From NCBI RefSeq assembly GCF_018977255.1, contig NW_024704742.1, positions 21,454,001 through 21,518,000 on the forward strand: a stretch of DNA of 64,000 nucleotides, in the 5' to 3' direction. Within the stretch, counting starts at the first letter, position 1; each line of letters starts with the position of its first letter. The position numbers and the translations under genes were made by a program. Origin of the DNA: Callorhinchus milii (taxonomy: Eukaryota). Shown one piece after another: positions 40,725 to 54,184 of this stretch. The notes beneath the pieces were generated by a model, which was given only the letters and a program-made list of their open reading frames with translations, was not told where the DNA came from and did not search any database.

Positions 40725-41127
40725 GGAGTCCTGTAGCATAGTGGTTAGAGCACTCGCCTCGAAAGCCAGAGGACCAGGTTCGATTATGGGCAGGGAGAAC
40801 ATTAGGCAAGTTTCCTTACTCCACACGCCCCTGTTTACCTATCAGTAAGTAGGAACCAGTTTTTTCAGTTGACTGGCAGATCACTTTTCCAGGGGTAGTA
40901 ATCCCTTAAAAAAAAATAATAATAATTTGGTCACTCAATCTACGACTGTGTGTGGGACACTGCTGTGCACAATTGGCTGACGGATTTTGTCCACAAAATG
41001 TACTGTCAATTCACTTTACAGTATACCTTACAGTATATTCTGTGAAGCGCTTTGAGACATCTCGAAGATGTGAGCCTTGGGACATCCTCCCGACGTGAAA
41101 GGTGCTCTATAAATGTAATTTGTTGTT
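40725..41127 (+). mobile_element. tRNA-derived SINE, long subtype, 3' end joined to an L2 tail
   Basis: SINE runs to about 41073, then gccttgggacatcctcccgacgtgaaaggtgctctataaatg..ttgttg. Confidence 0.9.
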
Positions 41128-42182
41128 CTGACAAAGTGCAATATGAAATGGAAGATTATTATTGTATTAGACAGCATAAAAGCATCTGTATACAGTAACA
41201 GTGAGCGCATTAGGAAATACCAAGTTCAGTACATAGTTTATTATCATGATGAAATATCTCCTGAAATGTTATTGAAACCATACCATTTACTTTTATTATT
41301 GTCACAAAAATTGGTTTGAAGAATAGGCATTTTAATTTTGGTTTGAATGGATATAACGATCCATTAGCTCAAACAAAGAGATCAGTTTCCCTGTTATTGG
41401 AACTGGTGCCTGAATGTCGCCGATTCCTCATGAGTGATGAAAGAGGATAAGAACCAAAACACCATTTTCCTCCTGTCCAAACTAACAACAAAACTGTCCT
41501 GCAAAGATACTGCAAAGTCCATTACGTCCAAGAAATCTCATATTAAAAAGAGCTGCAGCTCCACCAAAGTGCAGTGCTTTCCCTATCCAACCAAGCTCAT
41601 ATCCTGCCCCAAACATTGTGCTATTGTTACCCCTCCAGACTATTGTGGAGCCTCGTCAAAAGCACTCAGGGGGTCAAACAAGGAAAGTCTTCAGCCGAAG
41701 ACAATCTGCGTTTCATAAAACCTGTCATTTTCCGATTCTTTTCAACTCTACCATACAATTTTCTGATGTCCCAGTAATATCTCTTCTGTATCAGGATCTT
41801 ATCATCAATAATAACAGGGCTGTCACCGTGGCTTTGATCTCTGTTCGGCTGCCTCTGAAAACAATCGGGATATTCACTCACTTCAAAGATAATAAGAAAA
41901 GTCAACTGGTTGGTATTTTGGGGAATTGGAAAGTAATCATTCATCATGCAATGGCCTACATCATTTTCTGTACTATGTTAACATATCTACCAAAGTTTAG
42001 TCATTCCTCTTTTGACTTTGATATTACTGTCTCTCCTTTCCTTCCGTCCCACCGACCCTGCACTGTTTCCTAGTTAAGACCGTAGGTAGGCAATTTACTG
42101 CCAGTGCTCTGACAACATTGCTCAGTAGTAAGAAGCTCAAGGTAACGTCCATTGTCACCCATTACCTATAAAAGTATACTTT

Positions 42183-42494
42183 ATAATAATAATAATCCTT
42201 GCATTTGCTGTAGCGCTTTTCACATCTTCTAGTTGTCCCAAAGCGCTTCACAGAATATACTGTGAAGTGAATTGACTGCATATTTGTGGGCGAACACGGC
42301 AGCCAATTTCGCACAGCAGTGTCCCACAAACAGTCATGGATTGAAAATGACCAATTTATTATTGTTTTTGGAGGGATTATTATTAGGCTCTGTGTGGAGT
42401 AAGGAAACTTGCCCAAGGTTTCGCCCTGCCTGGAATTGAACTCAATTCTCTCACTTGCAAAGCGAGTGCTCTAACCACTGAGCTACAGGACTCC
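42183..42494 (-). mobile_element. tRNA-derived SINE, short subtype
   Basis: Reverse-complement match to 10664-10983. Confidence 0.95.
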
Positions 42495-45400
42495 ACCTGC
42501 TCAGAACCTCATGTCAGCTCACTGCCACCCCCAGGCAGCCTGACCGACATTAGAAACCTGCCCTGTAAAGATTCATGCGAAAAGAGTCCAGAACACATCA
42601 TGTCACAGTGACATGGAGCACCTAGTGCAAAGGGTGAAACTAGAGCAGAGGACAATATAACCTGCATAAAAGCTGTAGGAAATGAAGGATAAAAATCTGA
42701 CCTCCTAATAACTTCACCAAACATTCTTGAAAACAAGCTGGCTTTACTGCCCACCTAGTCAGAAATCTGATCAGCCACGTATTTGTGAAAATACCATTGG
42801 CCTAGACTTCAAATGTTTTGAGTAAGCCTGAATAAAATGATACAAGGCAAGGAGATCTCAATAATCTGATTCAATTTGTTCTTGATGGCAGGAAATCTTA
42901 AAGAGAAAACGATACTGTCAGCAGCCCACAAGAGTCTCGCAATTTTTATTATTTCAGAAACACACAATCCATCCCATACGTATACATCAAAAGAGGGCAA
43001 ATTGCTGTTTAATGCATGAGAGTCAATGCACACTCAGGACGAGGAGCACAGAGAACTCACCATTGGTCTTCAAGGACTACAATACCATTTCAGCACCAAA
43101 ACCAAACCCAATGGCAAGATCTCCAATTCTTTATCACTGTTTTTATTCAAGATTGAACATGAAGCCTCGGACCATACACATTTCTCAGACTTGGTTTTTA
43201 CAATATTTAGTTTTGAGAATCTTTTATTGCAAATGGGTTGATATCGTGATGAAATCGTGATACCCATAACAAAGAGTCATTATGGGTGACTCCATGTTAT
43301 AATTACTTCAATTTCAACTATCATTGTATTTGGCGAGTATTCTGAATACAGAAGATGACCTTCAATGATCAAACAGTGCACTTGCATTAACCTTGACAAG
43401 CCCTTTCCTGCTGTGTAATCTCCACTCATTGATATGCCCTTTACCAAATGAGCAGGGCAGTTTCCATGGAAACAAAATGGACTCGAACAATTTGGAAAAC
43501 AAGTCTTTCTCTTTCTAATGATCTCCCATCATTGAGTCCACAAGACACTGAGCGTTTATCCAGAATGATCCTTTTATTCTTCAGACTTGAAGTTAGAGTG
43601 CTACTAAGCACAAATACCTGATAAAGTGTGCTATTAACATTTACAGATAGAAATCAGAAGTGCATGTGATTCTAAGTGAACTTCTTTAGTTTCTTTGCCT
43701 AAGAAAATCTGACCTGTGATTTCCTTTTCCTTCTACTCATTTAATAGTCATTTCAATCAAACAATGCATTCAGATTATCTATTTGAACTATATGTATAGA
43801 GATCACACTGCACAGTTCACATAAACCACCCTATGTACCCACACATAGGCCTTCAGAACCATAGAAATGTACAGTACAAAAGGCCATTGAGCCCATCATG
43901 AATTATGCTGGTTCTTTTAAGAGGAACCCTTTCATTCCCATTTACCTACCCTTCTCCACACCCCAATAGTTTACTCCTTTTTAGATATTTTCTAACTCGA
44001 TATAATTCTAGCAGTAATTTGACTATTTTAATCCAGCCATTCCTGTTGGCAATGGCACAAAATATCAATTGCAGGTAGGACAGATTTGCTGCTTTCAGTT
44101 CCTGACAGGAAAACTTTTTAAGTAAGGAGGCAGTTGTGTATTTAAGAGTAATCTTGGAGCATGCATGAGGGATAGGGGTATAGGAGAGGGAAATAGGTTA
44201 GGGGTTTGTAGAGAGTATAAACACCAGCACGGACTAGTTGGAGTGAATTGTCTGTTTCTGTGTTGTATCACTGTGTAACTCTGTGTAAATCCTGTACTTT
44301 AGTGATGGTAAGTCACCTTTGGAACAAAATAGTAGCTGCCTGACACCTAGTGGATAAATACTGGTACTGGGGTAATTCTCAGGCAGTTGAAAGGAATGTA
44401 AAATATAACAAGACTTCATAATCGAAAACTTGCATTGATAGGCTTGAAGCAGCATTCCAGTTTTAATGCTACATAAAAGAATGGCTCCTGCACACACCAG
44501 TCAATGACCTAGAGAAGGATTAAGTGAAGAAATTAAGTGAATCTTAATTCAAATTGTAAACTCTTTTTTTTAAGCAACTGGGTCCTTTCTGGATATTTTG
44601 AGTGAGTCATTAAACCAAGGTCCCGTCTGCCTGTTCAATAAGACATCAAAGATCGTACGGCACTATCTGAGAAGAGAAGAGTTTCTCCCAGTGTCCTGAC
44701 CAACGATCTTCCAGGTAAATTGGTTCTACACTTCATGGCAATCAGTTGCGTTATCGAAATGCAAATTGCCTCTTATATTTGCCTTCAAATACACAGTCAT
44801 GAGGAAACCCATCACCATACTCACCATTCCAAACATGTGCAACTGATCAAATGAAAAAATACCCCAAAGAAAATAAAAGGAGGAATCTGGGCCATCTCGC
44901 TGACATTATAGCATAACTGCTCAGCAAATTCTGGCAGTGAAATAATAGCAACTACCAGTAGCGGGGTCATCGGTTTTGTATTTTAGCAAACTGGGGTGAT
45001 GAACACAGATTAGATTTGCTTATCACAACAGTTCAGTATATTATTACACCCCAGTAAAGTCTGTACTTTCCTTAAAGCATTCCAAGCCACTCGCACCACA
45101 AAATTCATAGGTAAGTCCAGAGGTGCCACTGTGTGTGTGCGTCTCTCTCAGCTTCTTAATCCGTTTATTGTGGAGATCAATACGGTAAAGTCACGATAAT
45201 CTCATAGTAAAATCTGAGAGTGTGAGGAACACACAGCCAGGGGTGAGATTACTATAGGTTAGATTCCATTGTGAATGCATCATTCACAAACCCACAAATT
45301 TATCTTGCTCGGATGTGCAACAGCTGGATTAGGTTTTGCAACTGTACATGGAACACACAACAGTATAAAGCATGTGGTTGTTGTGATCTCTTTAAGTGCA

Positions 45401-46654
45401 AGCCCCCAGTCATTCATTTTCCCCTTAAACACATTGCAGTAACAACAACTTGCATTTATAGAGCCCCCTTCAAGCGAGTAACCGCTCAAAGCACTTATTT
45501 GCATTATTTACTCATTGTCTTAATTACTTAAAAACATAATAATAATAATTTGGTCACTCAATCCACAACTGTTTGTGGGACACTGCTGTGCGCAATTGGC
45601 TGCTGTGTTTTGCCCACAAAATATACAGTCAATTCACTTTACAGAATATTCTGTGAAGAGCTTTGAGATGTCTCGAAGACATGAGCCATATCAAATGCGC
45701 TATATCAAATGTATATATCAAATTTATGTACATAAATGTAATGGAAAACCTTCACAAATTATATTTTGTATAATTGAATACTTTAGGAACTACAAAGTCC
45801 CTCTTGTTAATGAAGACATGTTTGAATATCAGCAGCGTGTTTACATACACTAAGCACACATTTGCAACATTGAGGAGCCAACAACCACAGTTGCATATCT
45901 TATTCTGAGCCACCAAGGCCCATACAGCTGTAGTCTCAGATTCAGCACTGCAAGTCTGTTTAAGGATGAGAGTATTACAAGCAAGTGTTGCTGAAAAAGC
46001 CAATAAAATATTACAAAGTTGAGTTGAAGCTTTCATATATTATAATTTTATTACTCCGGCTCGAGCAACAGAACATCTAGACAGAGTGCGTGTTAGGGTG
46101 CTGCTGGAGTCTAACCAGTTAAAACCACATAGAGTGACATCAAGAGCACTGTTTGGCAAGCTTCCCACTGCTTATCCAGCTAGGACCACCTTACCTGTTG
46201 GGGTCTGGCTTGCAGGGTTAATATTCTTATGAGAAGGAAACTGTCTGAGTGAATATTAGACGTGGTTAGTACCTAATCCTGGATAGATCACTGCAATCAA
46301 GTTTTGCCAATGAAACAGGGAGACAAATCACCAGCTCTCAACGGGTCTGAAAACAGTCTAAATGTGCTGACATCTGAACAGGAAGCAGGTGCACGCCAAT
46401 TCAAACCTCTGAATGACAGAGAGATTATTTCTTAACAGCATTTTTAAAAACGGCAAAACTAACCTTAGCTTAATCTGTCTTTCTCCACTTCCTACTCTTT
46501 GCTTCTGTCTCACTCTCATATGTAATTGCTATTTGTATCAATTTTCCAGCCTTTCTTTTAGTTCTGTGCACGCACACGTACTCTCTGTCAGTAAACCACA
46601 ATTCTGCTAGCTCTACATTACTCACAAGAAAATGGATGAAAAGGGCCCTTTTGT

Positions 46655-46972
46655 GGAGTCCTGTAGCTCAGTGGTTAGAGCACTCGCTTAGCAAGCGAGA
46701 CACCTGGGTTCAATTCCAGGCAGGGCAAAACTTTGGGCAAGTTTCCTTACTCCACACGCCTAATAATAATCCCTCTAAAACAAAACAATAGTAAATTGAT
46801 TATTTTCAATCCACGGCTGTTTGTGAAACACTGCTGTGCGCAATTGGCTGCAACGTTTGCCCACAAATATACAGTCAATTCACTTTACAGTATATTCTGT
46901 GAAGCGCTTTGAGACATCGAGAAGACCTGAAAAGGCGCTATATCAAATGCAAGGATGATTATTATTATTATT
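46655..46972 (+). mobile_element. tRNA-derived SINE, short subtype
   Basis: Same head, body and (ATT)n tail as 10664-10983. Confidence 0.95.
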
Positions 46973-48523
46973 GCAAAGCTTTTATTTTATATAAAAATGG
47001 CATTGCTCATAAAATTCCTGTATAATTCACCTTGGGGAGGTTGGAATTTGCTCCTAACAAAGCAGAGACCTTGTTTAGCAACACATGGCTCCCACCCACC
47101 AACCTTGGATATACTTTGTATGCTGAACTCCCTCAGTCTACTCAGCAATACTGATCCTGAAACCACAGGAAACTTTCACAACTACTGTCCATAAATATCT
47201 TTGTATATGTATATAATATATATTCAAAAGGCACTCGTGAGACACCTAAACCAATATTCACTGGCACCAGCTGGGTTGCATTGACTCCAGACACAGATGC
47301 TCTGATTTCCTCAAAACCCCCAGGGTTTCCACACGAGCACATTGGGCGCAGGAGCCTGAATGCGTGTGGTAACCGTCTGCATTTGAAAAGAAACTGAAAC
47401 GCCTCACAGGTGCACATCATTGAACTCAACCCAACTTGGCATTGAATCTCTAGCCAAGCAGAGTGAGCCTCAAGCAGGCCAGGCTTCCTGTCAAGTCACT
47501 GTTTTAATATCACCGCGTTGCCCTGGGGAGCTGAGTGGAGGACAGCTGTAACCATCCCTATTCTGCTCCAGGAGATCACTCCTCACCCGGTGCGTATTAA
47601 TGAAGACAAAAGCAGGGCCACTGAATCCAGGTTTCCACTGAAAATATTTAAGGCTCAGGTGAAATCAATGGGAGGGAGGGGGGAGTTTGATGCAGGATGT
47701 GATGTAATCAGCAGGTTGCCAGGAAAGGTGGTTGAGGTTAGGACACTGGACTTATTTATAAAGCAGCTTGATGCTGTGATGGGGGGATGGTGGTGTGCGT
47801 GTTCTGGAGGGATGAGATCAGATGGGTCAAAGGGCGTTCTTCATCCAAACCGATCTTGTCATTTTGTGATGTGATATTTATCACCAAGAATAATTATGAT
47901 AAGGACAGAACGTGAAATTAAAACCTACCCTTCAAAACCTGTCTTTCACAAAATGTTGTTAGCAAACATCCCACAAAGACATACAGAGAACAGATTAATA
48001 ATAATAACCTTTGCATTTGATATAGCACCTATCACGTTATTGAGCTGTCTCGAAACGTGTCACAGAATATACTGTAAAGTGAATCGACTGTATATTTTGT
48101 GGATGAAACTATGCAGTGATGTGTCCCATAGACAGTCATGGATTAAGTGACCATATCATCATTATTTTTTAAGGCTTCCCCCAAAAATGATGAATGTCAG
48201 TATTGTGGTGTTTGTTAGCGAGTGAGTAGCAACAACTTCCTTGTTCCCAGCCGTGAAAACAGTTTGTCAGCCCTTTTCAGCAGATACTGGTTGGAAATTA
48301 AGCAACACCCTGCACAGTCATTGTCACAGAAAACTTCTGAAAAAGAGCTGCATCTTCCCCCTTTTACATTCAACATTTTACTCTGCTGGAAAACAAGCTT
48401 TAAACGAAATGAATGATCTTATTTCGGAGAGATTTCTTCCTGCTGGCTCCTAAGACCAGAGACTTCCTTAGTTTACGTTACGCAAAGTTACTCTCCGTTC
48501 ACAGTATGCTTTACAGTATTTAC

Positions 48524-48661
48524 CAGAGTTGTGGTTCTTTTCAGTCCCACAGTTGTTCTGCTTCTCATTTTCTTCCGTCAAACAGGAATTGGTCACTGAA
48601 GCTTTATCATTAGTGGCCTTGTCTTCAAGCACTTGCTCATCACCCTTTTTCTCTTTTTGGT
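48524..48661 (-). CDS. Cytoplasmic exon 2, charged/low complexity: DQKEKKGDEQVLEDKATNDKASVTNSCLTEENEKQNNCGTEKNHNS
   Basis: Acceptor ttttatttccttttag, donor G|gtaaat. 138 nt, phase 1-1, matches the upstream exon. Lies within ORF 48468..48725. Confidence 0.85.
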
Positions 48662-49496
48662 CTAAAAGGAAATAAAATTTGGATACAACAGTGGAGAGAT
48701 GGAAATAAAAAACGACTTGATTCATCCTTCACTATTGAGTCTCTCAAAATCATTCAGAAGCATTAAGATCTCTATCAGATCTTCTCTTTACCATTCTCTC
48801 TTCCAGTGGAAATAAACCCAATTTTTCAAGCCTAACTCTTCATCCCTGGTATTTATCCATGTGAGCCACACGGCAGCCTTCCTATGGCTCTAATATCCTT
48901 TCTATATTGGGTTCTCAAGAACACAGTCCACACAATGTTCCACATGCCAAATGTATTTGGTTTATAATTGAACTTTATTTCATTGTTTTTATATTCAATG
49001 GTCCCTATAAAACCCTGAATATGCCTATTATATGCTTATTTTTCAGGACAGATTGTAATAGATGATCAGCACATATTGCACAAAAATTCAACATGGTTAA
49101 AAGTAACTGAAAGACATTAATCCACCCCTCCCTTATAGACAACTGGAATTAGGCTTTCATTGTTTATGAAGTAATTTGAACACCCACACCCTAGCTTACT
49201 CTTAAGAGACTCTTAAGCATATTGATGGGCCAAATACTTGACTGACCAAAAAAGGAACCTTAACTTATAACCATATCCAGTGCTATCCCAATAAAGAAGC
49301 ATGGCTGGTGACAGAGTTAACAATGTTCATTTTCACAGATCAAAGGATATCAGATATATTAATAACAGTGACTACACTGCAGCACATCTGTGTTCATCTC
49401 CCCTCTACAGAATTCTGTTTCACAAGTAGTGTGTAAGTACTGTGATTAATGTTTTAATCTTTAAACATGTGCAGCGCATCTATAATAACGACATAC

Positions 49497-49590
49497 CTTC
49501 AATAGGTTCAAAAGCTCCTGTGGGGACTGGACAATTTAAGGGAATGTCGGCATCTCCATATCCCTGTGTGTGCAGGTTGAAGGAAGCTCT
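49497..49590 (-). CDS. Cytoplasmic exon 1 of the same gene: RASFNLHTQGYGDADIPLNCPVPTGAFEPIE
   Basis: Acceptor gttattgttctgcactttcacag, donor G|gtatgt. 94 nt, phase 0 in (matches the TM exon) and phase 1 out. Lies within ORF 49480..49713. Confidence 0.85.
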
Positions 49591-50282
49591 CTGTGAAAGT
49601 GCAGAACAATAACACACCTTTACATAGGAACATAGGGGTGTACAGGACCAGCAGAGACTATTGCAGTCTATCCATTCCCTCCCAGAGTAAGAAATAATTC
49701 TGCACAACTCCATTCTTCATATCTGTAATAGATTACTTTGCCATCTAACTATCTACTTGTCTCTTAAAGTTGCACACAATCTGCCTCCACTACTTTGATG
49801 GTTAGCCTATTCCATGTAATCACCAATCTCAGTGTAAAGTAATCACATCTAAGACGTCTGGTCACCTGCACTCTTCTAAGCATGATTCTGTTCCCCCTTG
49901 TAAGAGTGTGTAACTATGCTTTGGTATGTAAGTACCTCTTGTGTGAGTGTGCAGCATGTGAGTCTGTGGTGTGTGAGTGTATTGCGTGTGAATGTATGTG
50001 AGTAATTGTGAGTATGTAGTGTTGTCAAGACACTACTCTCAGCAGCAAGAGGTAATTTCTAACTCTCCGCATTTATGGAGCAGATGGAAAAATGGCATTG
50101 AAAACCAACACAGGTAGACGAGATGGGCTAATAGTCTTTTCCTGATTCTAACATATTTCATGTTCCAAAGCAACTAACAAAGTGTAATTCATTTGTTACA
50201 TCTAAGCCAATTACTCACAATGTAAAACATTACACTCAGTAAATATCTATTAAAATACGTTTTTCAATAAAAAGGTACTCAC

Positions 50283-50368
50283 TTGTCGGCATTTATGGAA
50301 GCAGCAGAGACTAATTATTATGATGAAAATCATTATAATGACGCCGCTGATAGTTACAATGTGGGTAA
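50283..50368 (-). CDS. Transmembrane exon of an unidentified single-pass membrane protein: (x)THIVTISGVIIMIFIIIISLCCFHKCRQ
   Basis: Minus strand: acceptor tttttcctttgttgttctttcag, 86-nt open exon (phase 1 in, phase 0 out), donor gtgagt. Encodes a ~22-residue hydrophobic stretch followed by a Cys pair and basic residues (HKCRQ). Confidence 0.85.
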
Positions 50369-50540
50369 CTGAAAGAACAACAAAGGAAAAACACTCAGCA
50401 AAAATTGTAATTCATGGTTCATAACAAGTAGCAAAAATATAGCACCTTATCATGATGAGGAAATGGCTCAAAGCCCCTCACAGGATTTACTGTGATGTGT
50501 AGTGACTGTGTAATTTTGTAGGCAAATGCAGCAGCCAATT

Positions 50541-50880
50541 AGTCTCATTCCCTCTGCTCTTACCTTTCAAATTTTTCCTTTTCAAGCATATATCCAATTC
50601 CATTTTGAAAGTTAATATTGAATCTGTTTCTACCACCCTTTCAGGCAGTGCATTCCAGATCGTAACAAATTGCTGCGTAAAATAATTTCTCCTCATCTCC
50701 CTTCTGGTTCTTTTGTCAATTATCTTAAATCTATGTCCTCTGGTTACCAACCCACCTGCCATTGAAAACAGTTTCTCCCTATCTACTCTATCAACAATCC
50801 TCATAATTAAATCTCCCCCTCTGCTCTGTTCTAAGGAGAACAATCCCAGCTGTTCTAGTATCTCCTCATAACTGGTATCA
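50541..50880 (-). mobile_element. CR1 3' fragment nested in a Deu-domain SINE
   Basis: LGLFSLEQ, TRGHRFKI, NYFTQQFVTIWNALPERVVE. SINE sequence flanks both sides (50440-50540 and 50890-51140). Confidence 0.85.
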
Positions 50881-51469
50881 TATAATATATCATACAATAT
50901 CCCACAAACAGCCATAAAATGAATGCTTAATTTTATCTGGTGGATCGACTCCCTTCTTATCGAACAGTGCCACCTTAGTTTGGCATACCATCTACAAGAA
51001 GGCAATTCCAATAATGCAGCACTCACCAAGTATTGGAGTATCAGCCTAGACTGAGTTTAAAGTTCCAGACATGGGGCTTGAACTCAGTATTTTCTGAAAT
51101 AGAGATGAGAGTGGCTACCAAGTGAGCCAAGCTGACACCTACATATCCTGAACTAATACCATATCTGGTAATATTTAAGCAGCAACAATATCCAGCCATT
51201 TTAGGTCAAAATTTCTGATTGCTTTTTAATTTAAGGTCTTAATTTAGAAGTCATTTATCTGTAGTTCCTAAAAAGACTTGGGAAAAACTGACTTTGAACT
51301 CTTTTGAAGATTTAAAGAAACTTTCCAAATTTCTACATGGTCTTAAATTTCAACACGATAATCTTAAGGTTGAAACCGTGAGGTCCCTGACTGCCCAGCA
51401 CATTGGGACATCCTCCCGACGTGGAAAGCACTTACAAATGTCATTTTTTGTTGTTTTGAATTTCTGGAG

Positions 51470-51750
51470 ATAAATCACTGATTACTGGAAAATGAAATTC
51501 AGTACTGATAAGAATAAGGAATTGTATACAGAAGCTAAAAATAACAGGTGCATAAACTTTTTGGATGGGAGAGAGCTATACTATCCGAGAAAGTCACTTT
51601 CGCTCACCATGTCCAAACCACATGAGGCAGCAATAAACAAAGCAAACAGATTTGAGAGCTATATGACCAAATCAGTTGAGTACAGATTCCCAGCTTAAGA
51701 CGTACATTGCATGTTGAGTCGTTCCACAGTACACTTACTAAAGTGAAGTG
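51470..51750 (+). mobile_element. Highly decayed CR1 ORF2 fragment
   Basis: W-KMKFSTDKNKEL..AAINKANRFESYMTKSVEYR resembles CR1 W.MKFN..KCKV / KANR.LG.I. Related decayed pieces lie at about 53235-53420 and 55120-55470. Confidence 0.6.
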
Positions 51751-52256
51751 ATAATTTACAAATTGATCAACCAGGAGGATACCCATCAGGCTGAGCATCA
51801 ACTTCCTTCTATTCAGGTTTCATTTATCCTCAATAAATAACCACATAAACTTTCCTTTCATCTTCCACCTCCCTAAAATGGTTTTGTTAAATCGATTTTC
51901 ATTGCTGGCTAACAAGCAGGCTGTCAGGACCCTCTACTGGTAGCACTCAGAATTGCTCCTGTTCACCATCACAATGCTCACTGCAATGAGGCAGTCTGTA
52001 ATCAAACAGTTTGTACCAACTTTTACTCTCTACAACTCTCATCTGGAATATTCAGCTCTTAAATTCTTCTGCTGAGGGAGGGAGATTTTTTCATCGCTTT
52101 TTCTTTGTATTTTGTGGGTAAACGGTGGCAGCCAGTTTGCACACAGCAATGTCGTAAAAACAGCCATTGCACGAGTCATCAATTTTAGTTGGGGGATTGT
52201 TGACCAGGACAACGGGAGAAACTCACTTCTGTCTTTGAATAATGCCATAGGATCTT

Positions 52257-52814
52257 TAACGGCCACCTGAACAGCCAGGCGGGTCTTCAGTTAACGTCTC
52301 ATTAAAGGACAGCATCTCAGACTCAGGGACAAGAATGCTACCACTGAGCCAAACTGACTTAGTATCATTGTGAGTAGTTAGACCCTCTGTATCCAATGTA
52401 ATTTGGTGGAATCTTCTTAATGCAAGCGTTCACATGCTGTGCTGAACAATTCAAATGTCTGTCCCCTATTTAAGTTGCAAGTAAATTTAGGCACTTGACA
52501 CTTTCACCATTGAAAATGCATACAGCCCAAGAAAAAGCATCACTAAAAATTTCACTGTCAGTGGTTAGGTTGTATTTTGTGGCAAATGCAGTGAGCAGCA
52601 AAATGTATATCAGGACATGAGTAAAACTAGAGGCAGGGATGCTTCGCACTTAGCTTTGTTGATCCTACAAGCCAAAGCCCTATCATTAGCTGAACTCACA
52701 GCACTCTCAATGCCAAGCAATGTGATTTTAGCTGTTTAAACTCCAGGAGTACCCCAACGCACACTCTGGGGTCACCAAGCCTTGGCTCTTGCCAACCTGC
52801 GCCTAATACTCTCC
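52257..52814 (+). repeat. Donor copy of a 558-bp local direct duplication
   Basis: Aligns by eye to 53628-54184 with about 19 differences, one of them an indel. Confidence 0.95.
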
Positions 52815-53627
52815 AGAATTAGATAAGCAAGTTGCATCCCTCTAGGTAAATGGAAATTTCCACGCATATGTGGAAATTTAAATCTGGTAATAGATACTCT
52901 TAAGACCGGCGATGGGTTTCCGTGCATGTCAGGCTCAAACAAGATTGGATAAACTTTGACAAAGGAAGTTGACAGAGACCTAGGAGTATGAATTGATTCA
53001 TGTCTAATAGGTAGGTGGATAAAATGGTAAGATTAGTGCAGCACGGAAACTGGAAAAAATGACCTGTCGTGAAACCTGCATGATCAGCAAGCAATCTCAT
53101 GACCAATGCACTAAGTTATGAGTCTTTGGAGGCAAAGTTTCATAAGTTAGCCCAGGGGATTCCCAGAAGCGAATACAGTTTAAGTTACAAAAATCCCCAG
53201 TAACTTTATCGTTTTCAGGAGGCTTTGATCAACACTAGCATGAGGCAAGAATAAACAAGGCAAACAGGATGCTGAGCAAAATCAGTTGAGTTCTGATCCC
53301 CAGAGATGTCTTGTTGAAACTTCACAGTGCTTTATTCAGGTCACACTTGAAGAACTCAATACGGTTCTGGTCACTGAGTTATAAGTGGGCTGCCCGAGCC
53401 CTAGAGACAATAGAGAGGAGAGCAATGAGAATGATCCTTCCACCCCACTGAAGACAGGTTCCATTAAATGACTGATTTTAAAAAAAAGACCCTCCTCTTT
53501 GACCGTGCCTTCGATCACCCTCCTATCCGTACCCTCCCCGCCCTCCACCCCTCCTGATCCCAACGACCAATTGGAGTGTGGATCCCTGACTGTCAAGCAC
53601 ACCTTGGGATAATAATAATAATAATAA

Positions 53628-54184
53628 TAACGGCCACCTGAACAGCCACGTGGGTCCTCAGTTAACGTCTCATCAAAGGACAGCATCTCAGACTCAGAGA
53701 CGAGAATGCTACTACTGAGCCAAACTGACTTAATATCATTGTGAGTAGTTAGACCCTCTGTATCCAACGTAATTTGGTGAAATCTTCTTAATGCAAGCGT
53801 TCACATGCTGTGCTGAACAATTCAAATGTCTGTCCCCTATTTAAGTTGCAAGTAAATTTAGGCACTTGAGACTTTCACCATTGAAAATGCATACAGCACA
53901 AGAAAAAGCATCCCTAAAATGTCACTGTCAGTGGTTAGGTTGTATTTTGCGACAAATGCAGTGAGCAGCAAAATGTATATCAGGACATGAGTAAAACTAG
54001 AGGCAGGGATGCTTCGCACTTAGCTTTGTTGATCCTACAAGCCAAAGCCCTATCATTAGCTGAACTCACAGCACTCTCAATGCCAAGCAATGTGATTTTA
54101 GCTGTTTAAACTCCAGGAGTACCCCAACGCACACTCTGGGATCACCAAGCCTTGGCTCTTGCCAACTTGCGCCTAATACTCTCC
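53628..54184 (+). repeat. Inserted copy of the 558-bp duplication, inside an L2 3' tail
   Basis: Left flank is the L2 tail ..caccttggga + t(aat)n. Right flank resumes the tail with gacgacctcctgacgtgaaaagcgct..(TTG)n. Confidence 0.95.

Noticed and set aside
41630..41855. Minus-strand exon-like ORF RQPNRDQSHGDSPVIIDDKILIQKRYYWDIRKLYG...
   Set aside because: Long open frame only in phase 0, so incompatible with the phase-1 donor at 48524. Short pyrimidine tract, no clear donor and no recognisable homology.
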